Origin: Eledone cirrhosa
Taxonomy: Eukaryota
NCBI GenBank assembly: GCA_964016885.1
Contig: OZ024745.1
Coordinates: forward strand, 100,750,001 to 100,814,000
DNA length: 64,000 bases
Direction of reading: 5' to 3'
Below the pieces are notes generated by a model, which made no database searches, was not told the origin of the DNA, and was given only the letters and a program-made list of their open reading frames with translations. The first letter of the stretch is position 1; each line of letters opens with the position of its first letter. The position numbers and the translations under genes are program-made. Shown piece by piece: positions 27,390-40,854 of this stretch.

Positions 27390-27984
27390 TAAATAGTGAG
27401 TCCTGTTACTCTGGAGTTTCGCCTGTTTGTCACATACGGATATATATATATATATAATATAATTAACTCTTGCTGAAGTCGTATGGGCCCCGTGGTGGTA
27501 TGCAACGTTTCTGGGGCATTTTCAAACCTGGTGGAGCCCTTCTTCTCTCCAGATCTTTCAAGGAAAGTGTGAGAGGGATAGAGTGGTGGACTGGTGGACT
27601 GGTGTTTTTTTTATATTGATATTGAAAGGCAAAGTTGACTTTTGCGGGATTTGAAATTAGAGTGGAAGCAGTGCAAAAGAGTAGCCCCAAAAGTATTATA
27701 TCCGACGTTCTAGCCACTTCACCACTGTAGTATGATAATAGAGAATCTATGAATATCATTATTAGATGTTACTCTTAAACATGTCATCTCGGGGCTTTCA
27801 TGAACCCAAGGAAAATGAAACTATAACGATAAACGTTTGTTCACAACCATTCAACTCTTTAAATGCTTATATAGCACACGTAGAAACCTGATTTGTTTGA
27901 AGGAATAACTTGCAACTTGTAAGGACAAAGAAAACCATCAACAAACAAAGATAAACTTAAAACAAAAAACACGTATTATTACCA

Positions 27985-28163
27985 AGCGGTGGATTGGCAG
28001 TATCAGTAGAGGGTCGGACGCCATGCTTTCCAGCATAGTTACGTCCCTTTACGATCTGAGTTCAAATCCCGCCGAGGTTGACTTTGCCTTTCATCCTTAC
28101 GGGGTCGAAAAAATAAAGTACCAGTAATGCACTGGGTAATTGCTGGCCTTGTAGAAACAATTA
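27985..28163 (+). mobile_element. Nin/Deu-domain SINE
   Basis: Consensus match. Confidence 0.9.
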
Positions 28164-29155
28164 TTAGCAACTGAACGTTTACGAGCCGACCACAGACCAG
28201 TTTCTTAAAAACGAAGGACACTTTGGCCAATGTAATCTTAGATATACAAACCAGTCGGAATGACCATGGCTGAAATACCTTTGACCATAGGTATGTAAGG
28301 CCAAGACTTCTTGGAACTAAACTACAATACCAATATCTGGAAGTAGAGAATACATGGAAAATATAATTAAACAAGTTAAGTCATATAAACTAAGTCTATT
28401 TTAATCTCTTCGTTTGTTAATTAATAAATATCTATTTTATCTTTCGTTACAAATAAGTACACGGAAACAGTTCGTTAAGTTTATCTTTCAATACAATTTT
28501 TATTTGGTAATTGACACCATACTGGAATTATTTGAGAAAATATTTAAATTTGTAATTATGCATTTCTGCATTAAAAGAAAAATTGCGTTGATTTGTAATG
28601 TGATAGGAATGTCTATGTAAAGAGAAGATAATTAGGATACATTTTATCACTTCTATTATGATGATAATTTAATGCTTAATGATATTTTGAGATTAGTTCT
28701 CTCTTTAATTTAAACCCAACGATTTAATGGTTTTAAGCGAATAATTCCCCCTAAATTCACCCTGTTATATTTACACGCAAACTGCCTTGACAAGCTACAC
28801 ATTTATTTGTAGGATCAAAATATGTGCCAAAGTAAAAAAAAAAAACTGCTTATTTTTTTATCAATGAAATACACTCATAAAGAATTGCATTTTAAATCTG
28901 ATTATATTGTAATTTGATATTTTAACAGAGTTAAATCTGAATGCATTCTCTCTAGGAGAACCGCAATGGATAAGATAACAATTTAGTTCTGAATTCGAGC
29001 GCATTCTCAGGAAAAATCACTTAGTTTTCCGCAAGAGAAGCTGCGTTCGGTAAATCCATTTACCGCCCCAAAATCTGACTATTTTAGAAGCAACGGGCCA
29101 CCGTCTGTAATCACCTTTGTCGTCTTTAAAAAAAAAACTTTGATTCTATCTACAG

Positions 29156-29337
29156 CAGACCTGTCAACCTCTAAAAACCCTTGAAAAAAGGTGCCCCAAA
29201 ACGGGGAGAAATGAAGCAAAATGGAGGAGATTTTACATAATGAAAGCTATACCCATTTTCACAAGAGAAGACATCTCTCACCCATTCCAAAATGGGTGGG
29301 AGATCTCCCCGTCGGACGAGGAGAGTTGACAGGTATG
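29156..29337. mobile_element. MITE (hAT-like TIR cagacctgtcaac) with apparent 6-bp TSD ctacag
   Basis: TIRs cagacctgtcaac / gttgacaggtatg; second copy inverted at 35907-36105. Confidence 0.8.
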
Positions 29338-30636
29338 CTACAGAGAAATCTTGTTCGCCATCCTACGTCACTGAAGAATTCCGTTATGCTTTGTAAATGC
29401 CACCAAAATATTTTAACTAAACTCCTAGAATTCGATCTATGTCGAAATATATTATGTAGGCACTGGTATTTTGAAGAATGAAGGTCTTGCTCCTCTTCTC
29501 TTTATCATATCTGTCAACTATTTCATGGGAAAACAACAGAATTCAGCATGTAATGTAGTCTGACAATACTATTTGTTCTAGGCAAGTTACGAGACCGACA
29601 AGGATATGCACAAACTACATAGGAACGTATGTGTGAAAATATGAATAAACATAACCACCGAATACACGCTTACTTTAATGCATGTTATGAACATGGAATA
29701 AAGTCGGTTTAACGATTAAAGCTATAGATAGTTAAATAGGTGCTCATGAATATCTGATGGCCCCATTGCTATAAAAGCCTTCATATTTCCTCTCCCATTC
29801 CCATTACATCCTTTTACAAAGTATACTTCTAATTATGTCCGAATTAGTGCCCCACATAAATTCAAATTCATGTTTTTGAAAGCACAAGGTATGTCAGCAA
29901 AGGATCTTCCAGATAACAATATTTTAAGTTTATTAATTATATTGAATTATCAATTTTTGCTTCGTCTCAAGTTGAAAGATAGAAATGTCGATACATTCAA
30001 ATTACTATAATGTTCATATCAAATTTTCTATATTTCTTTGGAGAATTTGATTGACCTTTGATCTGAGAAACAGAAATTGGAATAAAATATATGTATATAA
30101 AACTCGGTAACGAAGATCTTAAATACCATCTTCGCTGTAAAACAAAATCGGATGCTTTTCATAACATTTTCACCAGCAATAGTCTAAGAGGATGAAGCCA
30201 AATAAAGGTTGTTTAAGAAATTACAATAATATTGATATTTATGTTTTAAAAGAAGGCGAAATATGTAAGGAAAAAATAATTGTTGAAAAGGCTTGTATTT
30301 CATTAGCAATTTCAACAGTAGTGTTGGGAATCATGTTTTATTAAATATTAAATATAAAATTATCGGTCACAACGGCTTTCTCTAATTACCAGGTTATATA
30401 GTTTGATTACGAGTGAAATTTGGTGAGTGAAAAACACCAATTTAACTAATTAACATGGGAATGAAAGGTGAACTGAAAATAAAACGATTTTCAGAACAAT
30501 GTATGGCTTTAAAACAGAACATACATAAAAGAAAATTGAACTTGGATACGATTTTCGATCAAACAATGAAATTAGTTTTCAAATGGAATAATGAATATAA
30601 TAATATCAAGGAAAAACCTTAATTGAAGCCTGCATA

Positions 30637-30794
30637 CGCGGAGATGCTATAAAATAAGAAAACAGAGATAGAACAAGAAATTGCCATCGGTAACACTTGT
30701 TCGTTTGATTCCTCGATGTAGCCGATATCAACTTTTATTTCCGTCTCTAAGGGACTTCACCTTATTTTATAAGTTATATCTTAGCATCTCCGCG
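30637..30794. repeat. Decayed fold-back (MITE-like) palindrome
   Basis: cgcggagatgcta..taaaataag..agaga..atcggtaaca versus tgtagccgat..tctct..cttatttta..tagcatctccgcg. Confidence 0.6.
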
Positions 30795-33700
30795 CCCGAG
30801 CACACCGCTCTTTACATTAACTTAAAAGTCCGAGATAATGGCAACGTACATACTGAATTAATGAGTTTATATATTATTACAAGCAACTCCACGACTTTTT
30901 TTCTCATCCGTAAACAGCAGAGCCGACATCATTTGATTGTGCTGAACCTTTATACAATGTATTATTTCTAAAGTAAACCTTATGTTGTTTCTTAAGACAG
31001 TAGTACTAACACATGAAGAAAGAACCAATAGAAAATCCACATTGTTATATTTTACTCAAGCTTGTATGTATGAATAAAGATATTAAATTATATTCAATTA
31101 GCTATTGTAGTATATAAAATAAAATCTACAATTTAATTTAAAGGATCAGAAACGATAATAGCCATTCCAGTAATTGATACTCATAAGGTAAGCTACAATA
31201 ATAGTCTGAGCACATTGACATATGTGAAGTGATAAGCATAAAAATATATATTTTTAAACATATGAGAGGGATGAACACAGATATAAGTATACATTGCAAA
31301 TGACCAAGTTAGCTAGGTTGAAAAAATACTAATTTAAAACAATATGGTTTGCGTGACTCGATTTAAAGTAATAAATCAATAAAAATAACAAACCTATATC
31401 GGGCAACAGCCTTTGATACCCAGACAGACCTAAATCTGTTCCGCAAGAATTATTAAATGAAAGCCACAATTCCTGTGCTCTTCAGCGGGTGGCTCGGAAA
31501 GATTCCCTTCTTTGAGCTATTTAATTGAAAAAGACTATTTTGAGTTTCTAACTCAATCTATGATATTTTAAAACATATTGAGTTTTATACAACTTTCTCA
31601 AGTTCTTCAACAAAATAGATTATTTTCAGCACGGTCATATGGAGCCTAATGCAACTTTAACGCAGTCGTGAATGTCATAAAAAGATAATTCAGAATTCTG
31701 TCTATAAACAGCTCTTCGGATAAATTTACACGGTCTTATAAAAATAATACCTTGGCATTTATACCAAACACGCATCACCGGGCTTCCAAATAACCAAATA
31801 ACCTTATTTCTTATTTGTATTTGTTTCTCATATTCCACAACACTTCAAACTACCAGACCTTATTAAACTATTTATTTGTTTCTGTGTGATTCCTCCTATC
31901 TTCAGTAGAAACTTCTGAGAATAAGAGTCAAGTCTCTTTCAAACCACGTCCTGTCATCATCAAAATGAAAACAAATACAAGCATTGAAACAGGCATTGAA
32001 ATATCTTTGGCAATCAGACTTGCTTCTTGGCTAAACAAGATGATCAAAATTATTTCTTGTTCACTGGGAGAAACTATAAAGTAACCGAGCCGTGATCATC
32101 ACGCAATCACTTTTATAATAAAAGACATATGAGACAAATTTTTAAACTTCAGTGGCGGAAATATGATTGATGTGACGCTGTAGAACTCGGCCATATTTGT
32201 ACTGCTGCTACAATTTTAATTATGAAATTTCCAACCACTAGATTAAGTGGATTATATATAATATATTTAGAAGCTGTATTTGAGTATGAACCTCAGCCGT
32301 GAGGATTAATAATTCTGATTTTCTGGAATGTTTGGACAGATTTAAGTGGAAATCAAATAACAGACAGATTTAATGTGTTATGTGCCAACCAACTGCGAGC
32401 GTACTCATGATTTCTCCTGAAGAATAATGTACTTCAACAAATACGTTATGTTGTCAACGCGCATGTCGAGAATATTTATAAGAGAATGGTATGAAATTAA
32501 ATGAAAACAAAACATACTACCTTATTAATTTTTTTTCTTTTGATATTTGCCGAAAATCCAACGAGGAAGACAATGAAAGAATCAACAGTTTATTTATAAA
32601 ACACTTCCTCCCAAACATAATTGAATATCACTTGTAATAGTCACATTGTTTATTTTGTTTAACTCTTTTCTCTAGTTTCGAATATCTGCTTCAGTTGATA
32701 CTTAAATGTAATTTTCTGTAACTGTCTTACGTGAGTCCACCCCTTCAAAACTGCGACCCTCATTTCAACCCCTTCTCCCATAACACACACACTGACGTCT
32801 AAGGCACTGGTCGTTTGGGTGTGTTAGTTATCTGTTAACACTTAAAACAACACAGTCCGCTCACATGCGTCTCTGAGACTACGAATAAATCCCATCTATT
32901 TTCATTCCAGCTTTACTTATTTTATTTTATTTTAGCTTACTTGTCTCATCACTGCATTTTGACTACATCACGTTTTCACCATTAATTCTGGATTCTTAGT
33001 TTTCATAAACTTATAGTAGGGACAGGAAGAATTCTTTGTTCTAGACTGCTCCCTCCATTTATTTTTCTTTAGTCGCACCATTCATATACTGCTATCTTTT
33101 TATAGTTTGAAAACAATTTCTGAACGTTTATTTTACTATTTAAAAACTAGTCTCATTGGCCTATCTGTATTGTTATATTTTGTCATATTTTCGTCGTTAA
33201 AATTTAGTTATTTATTAATCTATTTATTTATTTTATCATTGTTATTTTAGATATTATCCTTATGTATATTTTTTATGTTTCCATGGAAAAGACGGCTCAT
33301 GGTAAACATGTATATCTATATAAAATGCTGTTTGTTTGTTTGTTTGAATACTAAACTATTTAATATATTGACAAATATTGGTTTATATAAGTTGTATAAA
33401 TATACTCAAAATATAAATGAGAAGTTATAGGAAAACACTTTTCTCTAAATCCATAATAACACCACAAAACATTCCGTTCAATCGAGATAGAGAAGAAAAT
33501 ATTTGTTTCTTTCTGTAAAAAGGAACGATGCCGATAGGTATCTGTGGTGTAATTGTAAAGCAATACACTGAGTGAGGCTAGTAAAGGTAACTATAAATGA
33601 TTAGAAAACGTCAGGGGAGTGGAATAATTTATGGAATAAAATTTCGATTCGTTAAATATTTTCTTTTGTTATCTGTTAGTCAATCCGAAAACCTGTTTAG

Positions 33701-33979
33701 AATGTTTGCAACATGTAGACTCCACTAAAGGTGCTGAAATATTAGGTGGATGCGTTAAAATGGACGTCTACCACATAAATATTTAAGACACACAAACATA
33801 TTAACGAGTTTCTTCTCATTTGCTTAAATAATCTAGAACGGTGTCTCGAGTAACGAATACGCAAGCCGACAACAATTTTTGGCAACAAGCTTGGAGTATA
33901 ACCAGGAAAGCGTCACATGCTGTGTAGTTAGTTACTATTATGATATCTATATCTCTTTCACACACAGTCTCTCTCTCTC

Positions 33980-34027
<48 letters not shown>

Positions 34028-34041
34028 ACTCTCTCTCTCTC

Positions 34042-34200
34042 TCATGCTTTGACGCATAGCGTTACGGCCCTTGCCATTCTGAGTTCCAATCCCGCCGAGG
34101 TTAACTTTGCCTTTCATCCTTACGGAGTCGATAAAATAAAGTACCAGGTTAATTGTACTGGGTTAATTGCTGGCCTTGTGCCAAAAGTAGAAACAATTAT
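34042..34200 (+). mobile_element. 5'-truncated Nin/Deu SINE following (CT)n
   Basis: Consensus match. Confidence 0.88.
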
Positions 34201-34539
34201 ATCCCTCTCAACATTTCGTATGAAAAAATAGTTTCGGTTTTCGAACATTTCGGGTGACGAATAACCTTCAGGAACGAATCAAGTTCATGAACCGAGGTTC
34301 CGCTGTATATGTATGTGGTTGCTGAAGCATGTCAATAGTTACTCGAACTGTTGGATATAAGCAAATATCAATTAGATTTCATTATACTGGCTTATAAACG
34401 GAGGATGGTTGCGCATTAAGTATATTTGAAAAAGAAGAAATGATCCAGGTAGGGCGCACATTGACTGCATGTCCAATGGCTCAACAGCGACCTGCTGCAT
34501 CGTTGACTGTATGTCTAATGATTCAACAGAAACCTGCTG

Positions 34540-35856
34540 CAATATGTTTCGCTCTACCTCTTACTTACGCATTTCACAACTGTAATGATGGTACAAATTT
34601 GCGTTTCCTAACATATGGGCGAGTTTTAAATTTACGGAGATTTAATACATCTATGAGGTTCAATGTATTGATTCGAAAGCTTTTCTCACATACCCAGAAA
34701 CAGACATGCAGTGCATAATGAATACATTTCCTGAAGCTTGTGCCTTCTTGAGTTCCCTACAAGCTTAACTAAGACCAATGTGATGTACACTCCAGCAGCA
34801 GGAGAAACTTACGTTGTGTCAAATATATATGTGAATGGGACTAGGTTGGCAGTAATTGATACATTTGTATCCCAAGGGGTAGGACATCACATGCAGAAAT
34901 GCATTTAGTAGAAAAGGCAAGCACTGCATTTGGAAAGTTAGTTAAAAAGGTGTGATCAGAGATGGTTATAACATTAGGGAAGAAAATAACTGTGTATGAG
35001 ACTCTGATGTTTACAGTTTTGTTATATGGATGTGAAGCATGATCTACTCACCATCGGCATTTCAATCTACCGAAAGTGTCTTCGGTGCATCTTAGTCAAT
35101 ACAAGAATCAACATGACACTAAATACAGAAGGTTTGCAAAGATTTGGGAGCTGTACATTCAGTTTTCTTGTCATTAAAAGTCAGATGAGCTTGGTAGGTA
35201 TCTTGTTTGCATGAATGATGTATGGCTTTTAAAGGAAATCCTTTATGGTGAAGTCGTTAAAAAAAAAAAAGATTCCAGCATAAGCCTAAGGAAAGGTACA
35301 AAGATTGAATTAAGGAAAATGTGAAAATCTGGGTTTAGATATGAATTTATAGGAAACGGAAGCTCTTGATCGTAATACATGGGGAATGACAATTAAATCA
35401 GGATGACAATTATTGGATGAAAGGAAAAAATATAAAAACAGGGATAAAATAAGCATTGAGAAAGGGTGAATAGGTAGGGACTGAAAATGGTGATCATTGA
35501 AATTGTGTTTTCTGTCACCATGTCCTATCTAAAGCCGGTTTGAAGATCATATAAAAACGCATGAACAGACAATGACACAGGCAGATTATGTTACAATTCC
35601 CCCTGCATCTCCAGATAGGACTACTTGTCAAACTTGTGGTAAGATATGAAAGATAACCCCCGAGTTAATACGCTATATATCATTTCAATCCTGATCCTAA
35701 AAATCCAGTACAAACACAGGCATACATTTATTACTTGTGGCAGAGACCTTGTAAATTAGTTGCTGGATTGAAAAGTCACCTCCGTGCACATGCTAGGGTG
35801 TACACCTGTAGGAGGTTATATTGAGACACTATTATCTGACAACATGAAGCAGTCAT
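34540..35856 (+). mobile_element. RTE (BovB-like) LINE 3' portion with C-terminal zinc-finger remnants
   Basis: GRVLNLRRF, KASTAFGKL.KKV, LLYGCEA, KEILYGE and LAGLKSHLRAH motifs, with many stops and frameshifts. Confidence 0.85.
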
Positions 35857-35906
35857 ATGTATGTGTGTGGAAATGCGTGCGTGTAGATTTGTGTGTGTAT
35901 AAACTG

Positions 35907-36105
35907 CAGACCTGCCAACTCTCCCCGTCTAACGGGGAGATCTCCCACCTACTTTGAGGTGGGTGAGAGATGTCTTCTCTTGTGAAAATGGGTATAGTTT
36001 TAATTTTGTAAAATCTCCCCCATTTTGCCCCATTTCTCCCTGTTTTAGGGCACTTTTATTCACAGTACTCCCCGTTTGGGTTTTTAGAGGTTGGCATATG
36101 ATATG
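35907..36105. mobile_element. MITE, same family as 29156-29337, apparent 6-bp TSD aaactg
   Basis: Reverse-complement similarity over about 180 bp; starts cagacctgccaac. Confidence 0.75.
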
Positions 36106-36541
36106 AAACTGTGATATGTATATAGAAGAAGTTTAATATTCAGTAGAAAGTTTCAGCAATTCTGTTTTTTTTTTGTGTGTGTGTTTGTGTAAGTGGATTT
36201 TGTTTGTTCTCTTCTATCTCTGTATATACAATTTATACGGCTGATATTTCAATATAACTGCACAAATATACAAAGGGTAAGTACAAAAGTACTAAACTAT
36301 TTCCATGGGCATACTCACGATTAAAAGAGAATTTACGTACAAATAAATGATCAAGATGTTGCTATAGAGTATTAAACATGCTGAGAGTAGACATTTGACG
36401 ACACTAAGTCTCGGTCAAAAACACCTGTGAAAGGTTATCAATTACCAACATTGCAAAATCTATGTACCTTATCATATAACAAACAAACTGAAGGGTATCT
36501 CAATAACAGTGGGCATTCGAGATAAAGTTATGCTTTTGTGA

Positions 36542-36590
<49 letters not shown>

Positions 36591-36635
36591 AAATGAACTT
36601 CAATAAGATCCTTATCGTATTAATGTATCTTTAAA

Positions 36636-37240
36636 ATAATTGTTTCTACGTTAGGCACAAGGCCAGCAAATACCCAGTGTATTACTGGTACTTTATTTTA
36701 TCGACCCCGTAAGGATGAAAGGCAAAGTTAACCTCGGCGGGATTTGAACTCAGAATGGCAAGGGCCGTAACTTTATGCGCCAAAGCATAGCATCCGACAC
36801 TCTACTAATACTGCCAATCCACCAGTATCTTTAAAATAATGGTTTCCGATTTAGGCACAAGGCCAACAATTTTGTGTGAAGGGAAAGTCGATCAAATCGA
36901 GTCCAGTTCATTACTATTATTATTGGCAGTATCAGTAGAGGGTTGAACGCCATGCTTTCCAGCATAGTTACGTCCCTTTACGATCTGAGTTCAAATCCCG
37001 GCGAGGTTGACTTTGCCTTTCATCCTTAAGGGGTCGATAAAATAAAGTACCAGTAATGTACTGGGTAATTGCTGGCCTTGTGCCTAATGTAGAAACAATT
37101 ATTTTATTTTATAGACCCTGTAAGGATGAAAGGCAAAGCTGACGTCAGCCGTATTTGAATTCATAACGCAAAGGGCCGTAACTCTATGCTGCAAGGCATG
37201 GTGTCAACGCTCTACTTACCAATACTGCCAATCTACCACC
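36636..37240. mobile_element. Nested cluster of three to four Nin/Deu SINEs
   Basis: Consensus match; gtatctttaaaataat is duplicated. Confidence 0.88.
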
Positions 37241-37937
37241 ATTTTCTTTAAAATAATAACAAGAATAACTAGTTAATTTGTTCAATGTAAAGTGTATAAC
37301 TAGGCTCAATAGCAAAGGAATTTGTTTGTCATATAAAATACAAAACAGGTTTGTGATTTGAACAAACATTGCTAAATCGACATGAAAATATAAAGGAATT
37401 TAGAAACACACTCACAAGGCCGAATCTATAGTAGATAACACTTGCCTAAAGTACCGCTCAGTGGGACTGAATCTGAGATACATATTTGCAAAGCAAACTC
37501 TTTAACGACACAGAAACATCTTCGTTTAACCCGAGTAAACAACATCCCTTTGACAGCGGCAGATCAAAAGTCCCAAACAAAAGCAAAACATTGTTCACAT
37601 TTTAAGCACTTGTCTGACGATCAAACATTAAATAACTATTACATAAGAACATTTTAATGCTCTATAAAGAAATGAGGCTATTCAGCCCATGTACATAGGT
37701 GTAAAAAATATGTATTTTCGCCTATATTGAGTTCCAACAGAGAGCAGGGTAAGGGAACACTGACTTGATAATGACCAGAATCAGAAAAGATGATGTCTTC
37801 GTCGTCAGTTACCCAACCTATGTTTCTGCTGGAACCCGCAAGGTGGCGCTACGTCATCAGTTTGCAAATTCATAGTTGAAGGCCTTCAAAATGTTTAGAT
37901 GTTAACATACCGTATATCGGTAGATATACAAAATACG

Positions 37938-37969
<32 letters not shown>

Positions 37970-37970
37970 A

Positions 37971-38001
<31 letters not shown>

Positions 38002-38163
38002 AACCACAAACCCTCCATCTCAATTCTACTTTTAAAAAACACAAGAACTACGAAACCCGTAAAGGAACCAAATAAATATATATTTAAAAAAAAAAGTCTC
38101 CAGTTGCATTTTCGATTTCATCTTTTTTCCTTATATATATATATATATATAGGAACAAGTATG

Positions 38164-38258
38164 ACCCCGACGGAAGAGCTCAAGCCGTTTCGACGGCTAT
38201 TTCTGGACTAAATAAACATTTTTAGCCTGTAAATAAATAGCCGAACTTCTCAGGAGGT
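38164..38258 (-). ncRNA. Hammerhead-like motif with CTGAGAA core
   Basis: Minus strand acctc-CTGAGAA-g..cggctattt...aaatagccg.c-GAA-ACGG(11 nt)CCGT-C^ggggt. Homologue at about 22355-22405. Confidence 0.55.
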
Positions 38259-39695
38259 ATTTCCTCATATGGGAAGATAGTAATTATCAAGAGGATTGGT
38301 CAACAATTTGTTGTAAAGACAGAAAAATCTATCATGGCATTTGGTGGGAGGTAGCGGTGGCTGAACTTGCCGGTAGAACAAAGAGGGAGTGGGGGAAACC
38401 CAGTCAAGCGTTGAAAGTGAAATCTATACAGCAGATTCTAAGGATAGTGTATAAAAGGTCGAAAAAAGTGTACTGGAGAAGAGGAGGGGGTGTTGAAAGA
38501 ATAGGTAAATCGAAAGGGAGTAAAAAAAAAAACATAAAAATAAGGAAATAAATATATAAAAACAATTTCTGGTTACTACTCCATTTCTACAATCACCAAA
38601 TTTCTCATTGGTATTGCTAAGCTATAGAAAAGTTTAATAGATGGAGAATGGGAAAAATACTAAATACGAGATTGTAGTGAAATAATTTTATAAAGCCGGC
38701 TTTACAGGGGGTCTAACACCGCTGCTATAGATAATTAGTAATCAGCCAATGCTATCTTACAATGACAGGTTAAAAGTTGAGACGAAACGAAATACTAAAA
38801 TACTACTACAAAAATACTAAAACAAAATATAAATACAAAAATATTAATATAAAAATACTAATACAAAAATACCACTAAGAAATTTAGAAACCATAGAAAT
38901 GGAGCAACAACCAGAAAGAAAAAAAATTACTGGGGTCTAACACATCTGCTATAAAAAGCGTAATCGGCCAATTCTATCTTAAAATTAGGGAGGAGGAGGT
39001 ACTGAGGCTACAGAGGACCGATGGGCTGCATCGGGGTAGGCGAAAGGTAAAACAAAGACGAGTAAGGAGATCTGGGGTGGAAGACATATATATCATCTAA
39101 AGAACTACAAGGAAACATGTATTTGAGGGCTTATATACTCATTCGCACATGGACGTACTAATTGACAAATAATAAGTGCTCTTGTAGGTAGTTAATTAAG
39201 ATGTATATTAAGAAGTGCGCTATATATATATATATACATTATATCAGTTCTAGTGCTACTGGTAACATGTAACCCAATGCAACCTGTCACTAAGTTGGGT
39301 CGTCGGTGACTAAACTGGCAACCCCACAAAGCTTGCTTGTTGAGGAGAGTTATTTTTGGACAAATAATCACAAGAAATGGACGGATTAATTTTCAAATAA
39401 TTAGCTCTTTATTCAGATATAAAGTTGTGTGTTAAGCTACCGAGGTATACAATAAAATTATACATGCATATATACAGTGCAGGAGGTGTAATGGTAACTA
39501 CGTAGATGTATATGTGTATATATTTATAGTTATAAATGTTTTTCATTGTCCCATGTCTTTCATTTCTAAAATCAAACATTGGAGGATCAGTTACCTTACT
39601 TATCTGGAATATGTAGCTAATAATGTGAATTCCATGATTTCGATTCCCATAATCATCAACATTTGGCTTTCTTTTTATTATTTTGGTGCACACGA

Positions 39696-40128
39696 AGGCG
39701 GAGATTAGCAGTATTGGTAGAGTGTCAGACACTATGCGTCGCAGCATAGAGTTACGCCCCTTAATGATCTGAGATCAAATCCCGCCGAGGTTAGCTTTGC
39801 CTTTCATCGTTACGGTGTCGATAAAATAATGCACCAGTAACGAACTGGGGTCGATTTAGTCGATTTCCTCTCCCCACAAATTACCAGCAGTGTGCTTATA
39901 GTAGAAATCATTATTTTGGTACACACGAGGACGGTGGATTAGCAGTGTCGGTAGAGTGTCAGACACCATGCGTCCATTTACATTCTGATTTCAAATCCCA
40001 CCGTGGTTAACTTTGCCTTTCATGCTTACGGGGTCGATAAAATAAAATACCAGTAATAAACTGGTTTCGATTTAATCGACTTACCCTTTTCCCAAAATTG
40101 TTGGCCTTGTGCCTAAATCTGAAACCAT
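39696..40128 (+). mobile_element. Two tandem long-subtype SINEs with duplicated flank
   Basis: attattttggt.cacacga precedes both copies. Confidence 0.88.
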
Positions 40129-40517
40129 TCTTTTAGTGCAGACGTTAAGTTTCACTCCCACTGAGATTGCTTCTTAATTATGCGAACATACAAAAGGGCT
40201 TTATTTTAAACACCAACTGAATACAGTCTAGGTAAAATCACTGGTTAAATGTTTCAGTTTTTCATATATTTTAAAAAACTACTATATGCAGAGCAGTGAG
40301 TGTATGCATAAAACGAAAGAGTAGGTTTTAGGCAAAATATCTTGCTTCAGAAAATATACCATATGACAACCTATTTTCAATTCAATTGAATTTTTTGTTG
40401 TTGTATATATATCGTAAAAGGTGGCCAACTTTTGGTTCCATTTACAGGACTATTTTACCCGATTTTCTAAGCTATTATTTATAGCAATCGACCGTTGTTA
40501 CAATTATTTCCTACATA

Positions 40518-40684
40518 CCGTATTTCCCGGTGCCGAAGACGCTTCGTCCTCGAGCACGCACCCTAATTTTGACAACCAAAAATTTGAAAAAACTTAATAA
40601 ATAGCCTTCGGCCTCCCGGACGCATGGTAGACTTTTAGACTTATTTTAGGGAAAAAGTAGCGTCTTCGACGCCGGGAAATACGG
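40518..40684. mobile_element. Tc1/mariner (pogo/Tigger-like) MITE, 167 bp, TA TSD
   Basis: TA|ccgtatttcccggtgccgaagacgc ... gcgtcttcgacgccgggaaatacgg|TA. Confidence 0.9.
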
Positions 40685-40854
40685 TATTCTAAAGAGTCTA
40701 AAATTAGCCAAAGCCACGATAGTTTGTATAGTGGTTTGTTCAGACAGTATCTAATTCAGACGGAATCTGTGGCCAGAGGCACTGTAGCTCAAAGCTTACA
40801 GCACACGCCCATAGGGATATTTTGCCAGATTCTATAAGCTATTATATATAATTT

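Noticed and set aside
31400-32100. Possible minus-strand pseudogene with hydrophobic N-terminus
   Set aside because: Frequent stops in all frames and no family motif I can recognise.
37812-37866. Minus-strand CTGATGA...GAAACatagGTT hammerhead candidate
   Set aside because: Stem I does not pair (caaa versus gggt) and stem II is poor; at best a relic.
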